This document shows, piece after piece, positions 39,309 to 49,922 of a stretch of DNA of 64,000 nucleotides. This stretch comes from Candidatus Poribacteria bacterium (GTDB lineage: Bacteria; Poribacteria; WGA-4E; WGA-3G): contig OZ244048.1 in the NCBI GenBank assembly GCA_965215265.1, forward strand, positions 736,001-800,000. The letters run 5' to 3'. The stretch's first letter is position 1. The number at the start of each line of letters is the position of its first letter. The notes under the pieces were generated by a model, which was not told where the DNA came from, did no database searches, and worked only from the letters and a program-made list of their open reading frames with translations. Both the position numbers and the translations under genes were made by a program.

Positions 39309-39550
39309 AAAAGAAAAATCACGCCATAAATTAATTGTAAGTGCGAATTTTAAGCATTTCCGCTATGTATCTAACAGTCTTTTGTCGATTAAAGCGATAG
39401 AGATTGCTTGATGTGAATGTTCACGCGCTTATCCGGTTAGAAACACTCGAGGCGGTAACCTCCAGCAAAATAGTTTCGAGATACTTCCTGCCAACGAGCC
39501 CTGAAGGCTTTAATCGATCCGGGCAAAGTTGCTCTTAACTGTCCAAAATG

Positions 39551-40378
39551 CTATGCATCCCAGTGTTCCAGCCCAAGGAGTCTCTTTCCTAGGGGTGTCA
39601 ATTCTGCGGTCTTGCCGTGGTAATGTTCTTTCTCTTTCTGCTCTTTTCCAAGTCCGGTTAGCCGTTCCTTCCAGCCCTCAATGCGGTGATTTCGCGCTTG
39701 CTCATTCGCATTTTGCGGTGCAGGTGACATTGTGATATATTGCGCCATACGCGGACGCTCAGCCGAGTTTGGGCTACTTCCGTGCGGTAACGCACTGTGC
39801 CAGATAACCAAATCACCTGCTTTTCCCTCAACAGGCACTGCCTCATGCTGGTAATCGCGAATAACTCTCCGCGGTTCTGCATCAGACGGCAGGTTCTTTA
39901 ACCAGTCTTCCAATTTTTTATGAAAACCCGGTATACACGTAAACGCTCCCTGATTGCCAGGCGTATCAGCAAGGTATAGAACACCTTGGACTTTTAAGCG
40001 AACTGGCATATTGTCCAGTGACATGTCCCAGTGCAGATAGGGCCCGGTGAACTTGCAGTCTGGACGCTCAGGCGGATTCATGCTCGCGCGGTCAAAGCTA
40101 ACCCAAAGTTTATCTGTCCCCCAAATCTCTGAGAACGCTTGATGCACGCGTGGATATTGGCGATTGTCCCATAAAGCCTGATGTTGATAGATTTCCACCA
40201 TGATGCTCTTTCTTGGCGGAGTCGGGTACCAACTCTCCGGATTGTCACGCTCCATCTCCAGGAAATCCCACACAGCTTGTTCGGCGGCACGGCAATTCTC
40301 AAACGGAACTGCTTCTCGGACAACAACGTACCCGTTTTCTTCCCAAAATTCGAGATCTTCTGTGTCAAAAACTGGCAT
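39551..40378 (-). CDS. PhyH family dioxygenase
   Basis: FWEENGYVV, LHWD, VQGVL, WHS.LPHG. Confidence 0.88.
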   Translation of the reverse strand: MPVFDTEDLEFWEENGYVVVREAVPFENCRAAEQAVWDFLEMERDNPESWYPTPPRKSIMVEIYQHQALWDNRQYPRVHQAFSEIWGTDKLWVSFDRASMNPPERPDCKFTGPYLHWDMSLDNMPVRLKVQGVLYLADTPGNQGAFTCIPGFHKKLEDWLKNLPSDAEPRRVIRDYQHEAVPVEGKAGDLVIWHSALPHGSSPNSAERPRMAQYITMSPAPQNANEQARNHRIEGWKERLTGLGKEQKEKEHYHGKTAELTPLGKRLLGLEHWDA

Positions 40379-40628
40379 GAGTTTCTCCTTCTAAAATTAC
40401 GAAAAAGTGAGGTAGCAAAGTACTGAAGCTCAGATCTGCATGTCCCATCCTTGCTCTGTTTCATAGCCACCAAGTTACTGAAATTCTGCTACTTTATCTA
40501 GCCACAGATTATACGCCAAAAACGTGAAAAAGTCAAATTTTTAGGAAACGAAAGGAACCGTCCGCCATAAATGCCGTGCACCTCTATCCACGAAGAATTC
40601 TTGGGAACGATTTTTACGCTTGGTCTCC

Positions 40629-41012
40629 TTATTCCGGCGGTTGAAATTCGAACGCATTTTCAATCTGCTCAAGGTGTACTAATTGGCACTGCGGAGACAA
40701 TTGAATAGCAATGACATCAAAGCGGCATGGAGAATCTAATAGATTTTGCGTCTGTAGATATGCTAAGGCAATTTTAGAGAGCTGTCGTTGTTTATGAATT
40801 GTTACAGCGTCCTGAGGCAGACCAAATCTAAGACTGCGGCGCGTTTTTACTTCCACAAAAACGATCTGTTTGCCATCCATAGCCACCAGGTCAATTTCGC
40901 CACGTCCCCAACGGTAATTCTGCTCAATAATTTGGTACCCTCGAGCCTTAAGATGCGAGGCAGCTAATGATTCACCTATTTTTGAAATGTTTCGACGTGT
41001 CTGTTGTACCAT
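40629..41012 (-). CDS. yraN: YraN family (UPF0102) endonuclease-like protein
   Basis: GE..A..L...GY.I...NYR...GEIDLV, FVEVKTR, RFDVI; start reassigned to ATG 41012. Confidence 0.92.
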   Translation of the reverse strand: MVQQTRRNISKIGESLAASHLKARGYQIIEQNYRWGRGEIDLVAMDGKQIVFVEVKTRRSLRFGLPQDAVTIHKQRQLSKIALAYLQTQNLLDSPCRFDVIAIQLSPQCQLVHLEQIENAFEFQPPE

Positions 41013-41212
41013 ATAAGACAGCCTAACATATTTCCAATTTTCAGGCAAATTTTGACAGGGGCCCGTACACTCCTTCAAGTCGTAGAGAATACAGTCCTGA
41101 ATACTTGCAAATTATCTCTGCAATGTGTTATTATTGTGTCAACGGTAAAGAAAAGCATATCAGGATAGGAAGCCTATATTTATTCGCCATCATGGAAAGA
41201 GAAATTTCGTAA

Positions 41213-43018
41213 ATGAGTATCCGTGCGCAATTGACGCTCAGTTATATTGGCATTGTCCTTCTGGTGCTGTTCGTGATGTACCTCTATCTCGGTGCGACAC
41301 TCAAGGCATCTCTCAGCAGTCGAATCACAAGCGAATTAGAAGTTCAGGCGGCATTAACCCGAGAATTTTTGTTAGAAAAGTTACCGGAAACAGACAACTT
41401 CACTTACGAACTAGATGCACTTGTTGATAGACTTGGAAAGACAACAGAAATAGCCCAGGGTGGGGGAATGCGTGTAACGTTTATTGATGTTGATGGACGC
41501 GTCTGGGGCGATACTGAACGTGATGGCGCTGCGCTTCGCGCGATGGATAATCACCTTAACCGCCCGGAGATTGAAGATGCACTACGGGGAGGGCGGGGTA
41601 TTCGTGACCGTTATAGTAACACAACCCAGACAGAATTCCGTTATTTTGCAACCCCGATTGAGCGTGATGGAATCTTGCTTGGAATTTGTCGTGTTGCACT
41701 CCCGATGAAAACTGTCAACACTGCCATCGGAAATCTTTGGCGCATGCTCCTATTTGCAAGTGGGGCGGGGTTAATTCTCGTGGGCCTCTTCAGTATCTTT
41801 ACTACCGGCGCTATCGTCAAACCGATCCAAAAATTGACACAAACAACACAAGCACTTGCCGCAGGGAATATAACGTCACGCGTGCCTGTCAATTCTGTAA
41901 ACGAATTAGGGCAACTCTCCCGAAATTTCAATCTAATGGCGGATAGAGTGCAAGCGCACATTCACCGCATTTCTCAAGAACATGGACGCTTGGACACAAT
42001 TTTGACCAATATGGGGGAGGGGGTGTTACTTGTCAACGGTGCCTCTGAGATTACCTACGCCAATCCGGCGGCCATTACGATGTTAGCACTGCCCGATAAA
42101 TATATTGGTAGAGCTCTGATTGAAATCAACCGTAAACCTGAATTACAAGCACTCCTTAAAGAAGCAGCACAAACCGAATCCGTTGCTTTTGCAGAAATTC
42201 CACTTGGGATTCTCAGGGAGCCTGAGGCAGAGGTTACCGTGGTGCCGGTATCTGCGGGACGAGAATATCTTATTGTTATTCACGATGTCAGTCAAGTCCG
42301 ACAACTAGAGCGAATTCGCGCCGATTTTGTCGCCAACGTCTCACATGAACTTCGGACCCCACTAACCGCAATTCAAGGATACGCTGAAACCCTTCTGAAT
42401 TCCGATACCCCAGAAAATAAAAAGCACGAGCAATTCATCATCAAAATCCTCAATCACACCGTACGCCTCTCACGATTAGTTTCTGATTTGCTGGACCTGT
42501 CGTGTCTTGAATCTGGGGATGTTGAATTGAAACGGACACCTTGCCACCTCAATGACTTTCATCAACCGATTTTAGAGATTTTTGAACCGGTCCTCGAGGA
42601 ATCCGGTTTAGTATTGGAATGGAATACGCCCGGAACGCTCCCCCAGGTTAACGTTGACAAACAACTCTTCATGGAAATTTTTGTAAACCTCATCGACAAT
42701 GCAATTAAATATACCCCCGATGGCGGCACCATAACTGTCTCAGCAGATGTTTCAATAGCCGAGGATTCACCTACCGAGAACGAAATCGTCATTCATGTCA
42801 AGGATACCGGAATCGGCATCCCGTTGGAATCCCAATCTCGGGTGTTTGAGCGGTTTTATCGCGTGGATAAAGGGCGCGCACGCGCGATGGGGGGCACCGG
42901 GTTAGGCTTGGCGATTACCAAACACATTGTATTGTGCCATAACGGCAGAGTCTGGTTGGAAAGTACATTAGGACAGGGTACCGTGTTTCACGTTGCTTTA
43001 AAGGCACTGTCCAATTAA
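41213..43018 (+). CDS. phoR: PhoR-like sensor histidine kinase (TM-HAMP-PAS-HisKA-HATPase)
   Basis: MDNHLNRPEI, DFVANVSHELRTPL, NLIDNAIKY, FERFYRVDK.R....GGTGLGLAI. Confidence 0.85.
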   Translation: MSIRAQLTLSYIGIVLLVLFVMYLYLGATLKASLSSRITSELEVQAALTREFLLEKLPETDNFTYELDALVDRLGKTTEIAQGGGMRVTFIDVDGRVWGDTERDGAALRAMDNHLNRPEIEDALRGGRGIRDRYSNTTQTEFRYFATPIERDGILLGICRVALPMKTVNTAIGNLWRMLLFASGAGLILVGLFSIFTTGAIVKPIQKLTQTTQALAAGNITSRVPVNSVNELGQLSRNFNLMADRVQAHIHRISQEHGRLDTILTNMGEGVLLVNGASEITYANPAAITMLALPDKYIGRALIEINRKPELQALLKEAAQTESVAFAEIPLGILREPEAEVTVVPVSAGREYLIVIHDVSQVRQLERIRADFVANVSHELRTPLTAIQGYAETLLNSDTPENKKHEQFIIKILNHTVRLSRLVSDLLDLSCLESGDVELKRTPCHLNDFHQPILEIFEPVLEESGLVLEWNTPGTLPQVNVDKQLFMEIFVNLIDNAIKYTPDGGTITVSADVSIAEDSPTENEIVIHVKDTGIGIPLESQSRVFERFYRVDKGRARAMGGTGLGLAITKHIVLCHNGRVWLESTLGQGTVFHVALKALSN

Positions 43019-43136
43019 CCTAATTCGTGTTATTTTTCCATAGGGCTAGCTAGCTCTACCCAGCTGCGATATCCAGCAGTGGATTGCTATCATAGAAATT
43101 TGCAAAATCCGTCCTGACCATAATAAGGAGGTAAAA

Positions 43137-44039
43137 ATGTTTGAAAAACTCGGAATTGTGACGAATATCTGGGCCGTCGCAATGGAAAACGGTAGCAGTT
43201 TTGAGGACTGTCTGGTTACATTCGGCAAAGCTCAGCTTACCGATATGGAGGTGCGTGAAGGCCCTTATCTCCGCAATTCTGCGTTTGGTTCTCTGCTCAA
43301 ACAATTAGAATCTGCTATGCCTACTTACACGGATGCTGACTGGAAAGCGTTCTGCGAAGCTATATGGAATGAAGAACCTTTGCAAACCGAACATCCGGAA
43401 CTTTTTGATAAGGTAGCGGTTTTTGTTCAAAAAGCATCAGAATATAAATTAACGTTGAGTTATGCGATGTCGCATCCGTGGCTCAGGTCCCCAGCGGATA
43501 TTGATGCAGATACACAACAGATTATTAGAGGAAAAAAATTGGCATATCTGCTGTGCCCTGCACAAGCACGCCTTCGTGTCGTAGATCTGGACACTGAAGA
43601 ACTTCGTGAGCTGCAAGCGGTTAGCAATCTCAAACGTTATAATGCACTCGTGCCAGACTATCCGATAACTTTCGCCGTTGAAAACGCCCGGCAGTCCGCG
43701 CTGTTGACCTTAGAATTGGCGATTGCAGGAGGCGCGAAACTCACTTATGACGAAGCCAACACCTATCGTGCTGATGGAACAACTTTGAATTCACCGGATG
43801 AATTCTGGAGTGCTGTCAAGATGGAAAATCTCACGTCGGTCCACTTTAAGCAGAAAACAGGTGCCGGCGTGTTAAACAGTATCGAGGATGGGTTTGTAGA
43901 TTTCCAAACAATCGCCAACCACTTGCGAACGCGCGGTTATACCGGAGATCTGCTGCTTGAGAACAGTTCCACATCATCGGCACTGATGGATGCCTTGGCA
44001 AGTCGTGAATATCTAAGTAGAAAAGGCGAAAAACAGTGA
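43137..44039 (+). CDS. Xylose isomerase-like / AP endonuclease family 2 TIM-barrel protein
   Basis: FAVEN, LTYDEAN, VHFK, G.VDF, GYTG.LLLE metal-ligand pattern; strong RBS. Confidence 0.65.
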   Translation: MFEKLGIVTNIWAVAMENGSSFEDCLVTFGKAQLTDMEVREGPYLRNSAFGSLLKQLESAMPTYTDADWKAFCEAIWNEEPLQTEHPELFDKVAVFVQKASEYKLTLSYAMSHPWLRSPADIDADTQQIIRGKKLAYLLCPAQARLRVVDLDTEELRELQAVSNLKRYNALVPDYPITFAVENARQSALLTLELAIAGGAKLTYDEANTYRADGTTLNSPDEFWSAVKMENLTSVHFKQKTGAGVLNSIEDGFVDFQTIANHLRTRGYTGDLLLENSSTSSALMDALASREYLSRKGEKQ

Positions 44040-44074
44040 TGTCTTCCGCCCTAGATTTGTTGTTTAAAAAGTAG

Positions 44075-44935
44075 TTAAAAAGGTGTTTCTTGAGATTGCG
44101 CTGTTTCTGTGTCAGATTTACTCGCTGTTGCCGCGCCATCCGACTCTGGTTCCTCAATCGTTGGCACTTCGCTTTCTTGGTTCGCCGTAGTTAACTGTTT
44201 AATCCGGATGCACAACTCATCCAACAGTTTTGGTGCGGTTTCCGCCGCTTTGAGCTCTGCCGAGAGCTGCGTCCACTGCATCTCCGACATATCGTTTCGG
44301 GATGCTACCGCGTACTTGCGTTTTATATAGTTCCACAAATCGACCTTAGAGATGCCCCTCTTTTCAAGCACATCCGCTAATTGGCTTGCTATGGCAAAGG
44401 CGGCTTTTTGAGCATTCGTAATATTTCCGCCGCCTTGACGCGATGGCGTTTGTTGCGAGTTTGCTTTGCCTTCACCGGCCTTCCGATGCAGGTAGTAGTT
44501 GAGTACCTCACGAATCACCGGCACCGGTATGAGCTGTTTAATCGCATTTCGTTGTGCTTTGTGAATCGCTTTGGTAAATGCAAACGGATCCGGCCGGCTA
44601 CCCATCATCTTGGGCTGTTCATACGCACCATAGCGCGATGAACCCGTGATGGTATCAGTCGCTTTTGCGATGACAATCCAGGAATGATCGCGTTCTTCGT
44701 ACTTGACTTCTTCGACTTGGATACCCCCTCGACGATTCGCGGCTTCGTTAATACCTGCTAATGTTAAACCTTCAACAGTACGGCCACTCTGTTTGAACGA
44801 ATAAACATAATCTTGAATCGTCTGGCCCGTCATTAACTCAATAATTGCCTGGTCGTCTACTTGATCTACGACTTCATATTCAGCCGTAACCGGCACAACC
44901 TCATTCTTTTTTTCTTCTGCCATGATACTCTCCAA
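44075..44935 (-). CDS. Hypothetical protein, possible Rad52/Sak-like single-strand annealing protein
   Basis: Beta-beta-helix core ending AFTKAIHKAQRNAIKQLI, low-complexity linker, small helical C-domain, acidic tail ending PF. Confidence 0.45.
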   Translation of the reverse strand: MESIMAEEKKNEVVPVTAEYEVVDQVDDQAIIELMTGQTIQDYVYSFKQSGRTVEGLTLAGINEAANRRGGIQVEEVKYEERDHSWIVIAKATDTITGSSRYGAYEQPKMMGSRPDPFAFTKAIHKAQRNAIKQLIPVPVIREVLNYYLHRKAGEGKANSQQTPSRQGGGNITNAQKAAFAIASQLADVLEKRGISKVDLWNYIKRKYAVASRNDMSEMQWTQLSAELKAAETAPKLLDELCIRIKQLTTANQESEVPTIEEPESDGAATASKSDTETAQSQETPF

Positions 44936-45253
44936 AATTTATATTTAACATGAGTATACCCTATTTTCCCACTGATGTCAAGTAAAATTTTCGACTCGGA
45001 AGTAGTGATAAGGTATCTTTAGCGTGAGCACTCCGGTACCCATCTCGCCAGAGATCCCCTGGCCGAAGGTTTATCACCCGTAAACCTCACTTTCCACACA
45101 CTTCAGAATCTTCGCAAAGAATTTGAATTGCAAATCTTATTCTGCTATAATATGAATGGAGATCATTCCGTTATGCGTTGGCAAAGGAACCCAGACATCT
45201 AAGCGACACATCCAGTTTTTTATGATACATTTCTACGAGAGGATCGGCAATCG

Positions 45254-46843
45254 ATGACAATCCCGCTTCTCCAGATGCAGTCCATTACAAAAGATTTTCC
45301 CGGGGTGCGTGCCCTTGACAACGTATCGTTCTTTGTAAATTGTGCAATAGCGGGACGGGGTGAGATACACGCGCTTTGTGGAGAAAATGGTGCCGGCAAA
45401 TCAACGTTGATTAAAATTCTGGGAGGCGTGCATCCGTATGGACATTACGAAGGACACCTTCGGATTGATGGAGCGGAACAACGATTCCAAACGGTGCGCG
45501 ATGCGGAGCGCGCAGGCATCGCCATCATCCATCAGGAACTAGCACTCATTCCAGAAATGCCGGTCGCGGAAAATATCTATTTAGGCATTGAACCCCGGCG
45601 AGCCGGCATTATCAACAGACCCCGTCTGTACCGCGATGCAGCGCAACTGCTCTCACAGTTCGGTTTGAATATTCCACTACACACGCGTGTACACGAACTC
45701 GGCATCGGACAGCAGCAATTGGTAGAAATTGCCAAGGCACTCTCCCGGAATTCACGATTGCTCGTGCTTGACGAACCGACTGCAGCGCTCACTGAAAGCG
45801 AAGTCGGGCTGCTCCATCAGATTCTGGCAAAACTTCAAGAAAGGGGTGTCGCTTGTATCTATATCACCCACAAACTTAACGAAATCTTCCAAATTGCTGA
45901 CAGAGTCACGGTGTTACGCGATGGCAAAACAGTGGCGACACAAACAATTCAAAACTGCACTGAGGCACAGTTGATTTCTCAAATGGTTGGGCGGAAGTTA
46001 ACGACGCTATTTCCACATTGTAACCTACGCAACTGTGTTCTATCACAAGCTGAAACTCGAGCTTCCGAAATAGAACAGGAACAAGTAGCATTACGGGTTG
46101 AAAACCTAAGCACTTATCCTGCGGAACCGCCACGTCTGAATTCTATCAGTTTTGAAGTGCGGTGTGGGGAAATCCTGGGACTCGCCGGCCTGATGGGAGC
46201 AGGTAGAACAGAACTGATTAATGTGATTTTTGGGGCATCCTCCGTAAAAAGTCATGGGCAGGTGTTACTAAACGGGCACATTGTTGAGTTTGACTCTCCG
46301 CGAGATGCAATCGCGCATGGCATAGGGTTGGTTAGTGAGGATAGGAGACGCTACGGACTAATTTTGGATGCAGGTATTGACTGGAATATGACACTCCCGA
46401 GTTTAGGTGTATCCGCGGAAATGGTGCAATACGGTGTTATTAATCGTAATGCAGCGGTTCAAAAAAGCAAGCAGTATGTAGATGCCCTCCGTATCAAAGC
46501 TTCATCGCCAGAAATACCGGTGAACCATCTCAGCGGCGGAAATCAACAGAAAGTCGTCTTAGGCAAATGGTTAATGACACGTCCAAGCGTGTTACTCCTT
46601 GATGAACCGACTCGTGGCATTGATGTCGGAGCAAAGGTCGAAATTCACAGCCTCATTGCGCAGCTTGCAGCGGAAGGTGTCGCAATTGTACTCGTTTCGT
46701 CCGAACTTCCTGAAATATTAGGAATGAGCGACAGGATTTTAGTGTTACATGAGGGCGAAATCACCGGCGAATTTACCAACGAAAATGTAACGCAAGAGGA
46801 TATCTTGCGGTGTGCTGCAGGAATGTATGAAGAAGATATTTAA
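45254..46843 (+). CDS. xylG: Sugar ABC transporter ATP-binding protein (XylG-like, tandem ABC domains)
   Basis: GENGAGKSTL.K.L.GV.PYG.YEG, LDEPT, LSGGNQQK, DEPTRGIDVGAK. Confidence 0.85.
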   Translation: MTIPLLQMQSITKDFPGVRALDNVSFFVNCAIAGRGEIHALCGENGAGKSTLIKILGGVHPYGHYEGHLRIDGAEQRFQTVRDAERAGIAIIHQELALIPEMPVAENIYLGIEPRRAGIINRPRLYRDAAQLLSQFGLNIPLHTRVHELGIGQQQLVEIAKALSRNSRLLVLDEPTAALTESEVGLLHQILAKLQERGVACIYITHKLNEIFQIADRVTVLRDGKTVATQTIQNCTEAQLISQMVGRKLTTLFPHCNLRNCVLSQAETRASEIEQEQVALRVENLSTYPAEPPRLNSISFEVRCGEILGLAGLMGAGRTELINVIFGASSVKSHGQVLLNGHIVEFDSPRDAIAHGIGLVSEDRRRYGLILDAGIDWNMTLPSLGVSAEMVQYGVINRNAAVQKSKQYVDALRIKASSPEIPVNHLSGGNQQKVVLGKWLMTRPSVLLLDEPTRGIDVGAKVEIHSLIAQLAAEGVAIVLVSSELPEILGMSDRILVLHEGEITGEFTNENVTQEDILRCAAGMYEEDI

Positions 46844-47258
46844 AACAGAAAGTCCTGAGGAAACACAAATCCTCGGTGAACAACTCGGAAAAACGCTAAA
46901 ACCGGGCGATGTCATTGCACTGACTGGCGACCTCGGAACCGGAAAAACCTGCTTGACACAAGGCATCGCATGTGGTGTAGGTATCGCACCAGACGAAATT
47001 GTCTGCAGCCCGTCCTATATTCTGATTAATGAATATAACGGTACAGTTCCTATCTATCATATCGACCTGTATCGGTTGGAAAACCATATGGAAATTGCAG
47101 ACCTTGGGCTCATTGAGTATGTAGAAAGTGACGGCATCTGCATTATTGAATGGGCAGAGCGGATGGAAAACGCGTTACCAAAGGATTGTGTCAAGATTAA
47201 CATAACGTGGGAAGATGAAAACATCCGACAAATCACGATACAACGTCCTCTACCTTGA
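46827..47258 (+). CDS. tsaE: t6A biosynthesis ATPase TsaE
   Basis: GDLGTGKT, SPSY, HIDLYRL, IIEWAE. Confidence 0.95.
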   Translation: MKKIFKTESPEETQILGEQLGKTLKPGDVIALTGDLGTGKTCLTQGIACGVGIAPDEIVCSPSYILINEYNGTVPIYHIDLYRLENHMEIADLGLIEYVESDGICIIEWAERMENALPKDCVKINITWEDENIRQITIQRPLP

Positions 47259-48447
47259 TAGCGGTTCCGGAATCGGCGGTGGACAACGGAGCCTGCTCTT
47301 ACTGCTAAAGTCGTTAAACCAGAACCGGTTCCGTCCGTTTGTCGGGTGCTTGGACAACAGCCTCTTCAAAACAGCCTGCCAGCGTGGGACAGATGCCCAT
47401 ATTGTCCCCTTAGCACTTCCTGTAGCACACAACAAAACCGATAAAAACCGGCGCTTCACACTTCGCGATATTTTCAAGGATCTTCGGCAAATCAAGGTGA
47501 TTCATCAAATCCATCGTGCTGTCAAGGAGCACGCGATTGAGCTCATCCATGCCAATTCACTGTCGGTGGCTCTACTTGGAGGCATCGTGGCGAGATGGAA
47601 CCGCATCCCCATTATAATGCATAAACGGTACGCCACGTCCTACGGTATCCTTGATAGGATCTGTGAAAAACTCCTGCACCGTGTGATTCTAGTTTCAGAG
47701 GCAACACGTTGGAACTTCGCCCCAGAGGAAAAGCAGAACCTAATCTATAACGGGGTAGACCTAGATGCTTTTCAGGCATCTGATGCTGAAGTCGAAACTC
47801 TCCGCGCACAGTTCTTTCCACCAGAACCTCATAACGGTAAAACTCAAGAGAAGCAGTCTACTATAACGGTGGCAGCACCCACTTCCAGCCCAACTCCAAT
47901 TGTCACAGGAATTGTCACGCGGATAACACCAGAAAAGGGCATCCATTTTTTGGTCAGCGCGATGGCTGAATTGAAAGGGAAAACTGATGTCAAACTCCTC
48001 GTCGTCGGAGGTCCCTACTTTGAAAAAGATTACGATTATATGGAATCGCTAAAGCAGACGGTCGTGAAACACGGTCTTGAAGACACCGTTATGTTCACCG
48101 GGTTTTTAGCGGATACACGTGTTGTAACGTCCTTGCTTGATATCGTGCTGGTGCCATCTATTATCCCAGAAGCATGCCCGCGTACCATCATTGAGGCAAT
48201 GGCAGTCGGTACACCTGTTATCACCACGCCGTTAGGCGGAAGCAAAGAATTGGTCACACCGGAAACCGGAATGTTAGTGCCGCCTGAGAATGCAAAAGCA
48301 ATCGCTGATGCTATTGCCACACTCGCTTCCGATCCGGAACAACTAACTGCCATGGGAAAAGCCGCACGCCGCCGTGCAGAGGAGTTGTTTAGCAGTGAAA
48401 AGAATACCGCGTTGACCCAAGCAGTCTACGTGGAGTTATTAACGTGA
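47215..48447 (+). CDS. GT4 family glycosyltransferase
   Basis: GGGQRS, IYNGVD, RITPEKG, PEACPRTIIEAMA. Confidence 0.9.
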   Translation: MKTSDKSRYNVLYLDSGSGIGGGQRSLLLLLKSLNQNRFRPFVGCLDNSLFKTACQRGTDAHIVPLALPVAHNKTDKNRRFTLRDIFKDLRQIKVIHQIHRAVKEHAIELIHANSLSVALLGGIVARWNRIPIIMHKRYATSYGILDRICEKLLHRVILVSEATRWNFAPEEKQNLIYNGVDLDAFQASDAEVETLRAQFFPPEPHNGKTQEKQSTITVAAPTSSPTPIVTGIVTRITPEKGIHFLVSAMAELKGKTDVKLLVVGGPYFEKDYDYMESLKQTVVKHGLEDTVMFTGFLADTRVVTSLLDIVLVPSIIPEACPRTIIEAMAVGTPVITTPLGGSKELVTPETGMLVPPENAKAIADAIATLASDPEQLTAMGKAARRRAEELFSSEKNTALTQAVYVELLT

Positions 48448-48553
48448 GGTTGGCAATCTGTTGACAAATTGGGACAACCTTGCTACAATTAGTTGACTGA
48501 ATACGGAAACGCATAGTGAAAATTAAAGAATACAATCAAATTTAGGTGATACC

Positions 48554-49588
48554 GTGGATGAAAATAGAGGAAAACTGGTTAGCCCACCACAAGGCGCTCA
48601 AGTTAGCCAAGGCAAATTGGACCAAGCATCTCAACTCATAGGAGAGGAAATTAGCGACACTTCCAAGTGGGTAGAAATCTACCGCACTCGTGACGACTGG
48701 GAAGTCAAATTAATTCAAGCGACCTTAGGTGCACAACAGATTCGGTGCCGCCCGGTTCAGATAAAATCGGAACGCCAAACGCTACTTTTCGTTGAACCCG
48801 AGCATCAAGTTACAGCGATGGAGTTAGTGAGTCGTGTCGGCGTTGCAATTACGGATAATCAGATGACAACCCCTCAAGCAGAGACACTTAAACAACGTGA
48901 TATGGCAGCTGTCCAAGAACCGGAACAACAAGCAGCGCCATCGGATTCCGCTGAGGTAATCCTTGCAGAGCGCGAAAGCATCGGGAGTGTTGTCTACGTG
49001 CACGGACACGGATATGAACTCCGCATCGGAGCAGAACCCTACATGACTATACCAGAAGACGAATGGGAAGAATTCACGGATTTTAGCGCACAACGTCAAG
49101 AGTTTTTCATCCTTCTCCGTCATGAATATCCAGAACTTTTTCAGTGGTTACAACAAGAAAAGTTGTTAGCAGAATTCATTCGCCTCATTGAGATGACTTA
49201 TCAAGACGGTGCACCAATTCTCACTCCAACTACAGACAGCGAAATGTCTCCTTTTGGCAACTCGGTTTCAAACACTTCACAATTTGACTCCCCTTACAAT
49301 GGTCTCGCTACCCTCAGTCTCTCTATAGCCGTAATTTCACTCCTGACCTTGCTTATTCAGGCACCGTGGTACGCCACGCTTGGCCTCTCGCTTGTTAGCA
49401 TCGCTACTGCCGTAATTGCCAAGTCCCAGATTGATACCAGCGACTCTGATGTGAAAGGCACTCCTATGGCTTTCAGTGCTATTGTACTCTCATGTTTAAC
49501 GATAGTATTCGCCTGGTGGCTAAGTCAACAACCCCCTCCAGCAGAACCGGGGAGGCCACCGGTTAAGGAAATTATCGAAGATCGGTGA
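48554..49588 (+). CDS. Hypothetical membrane protein (C-terminal TM helices)
   Basis: Long ORF with upstream promoter-like TTGACA..TACAAT; soluble N-terminal part and three C-terminal hydrophobic segments. Confidence 0.7.
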   Translation: MDENRGKLVSPPQGAQVSQGKLDQASQLIGEEISDTSKWVEIYRTRDDWEVKLIQATLGAQQIRCRPVQIKSERQTLLFVEPEHQVTAMELVSRVGVAITDNQMTTPQAETLKQRDMAAVQEPEQQAAPSDSAEVILAERESIGSVVYVHGHGYELRIGAEPYMTIPEDEWEEFTDFSAQRQEFFILLRHEYPELFQWLQQEKLLAEFIRLIEMTYQDGAPILTPTTDSEMSPFGNSVSNTSQFDSPYNGLATLSLSIAVISLLTLLIQAPWYATLGLSLVSIATAVIAKSQIDTSDSDVKGTPMAFSAIVLSCLTIVFAWWLSQQPPPAEPGRPPVKEIIEDR

Positions 49589-49922
49589 AATAGTGGGCAC
49601 AGACAGCAGTACATCCTTTGCCCTACAAGTTCTGAAGGGTGATTAGACGACGGCTGTGGGAGTAATCTCCAGAGCTCGATTCTGTTTCCGCACCCGGCGA
49701 ATGCCATGTGCGCATGCGTCGTTGATTCGAGGCGGTATGTTTATAGCATGCCTCACATGCAACAGTTTTTCTCTGCGAATCCTTTCAGTCTATAAATCCA
49801 AGATTCAGACAAGGAGCCGGTGAACAGAATGACGCTACATACAAACCTGCAGACGTTGCAAACAGTGCACGATATATGATAAAATAGTCAATGAATTCTA
49901 TCAGAAAAAAAAAGGAATATTA

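Noticed and set aside
49760-49812. Possible short interspersed repeat (AATCC...GATTCAGACAA-like)
   Set aside because: Single degenerate copy in the window; cannot be supported without a genome-wide search
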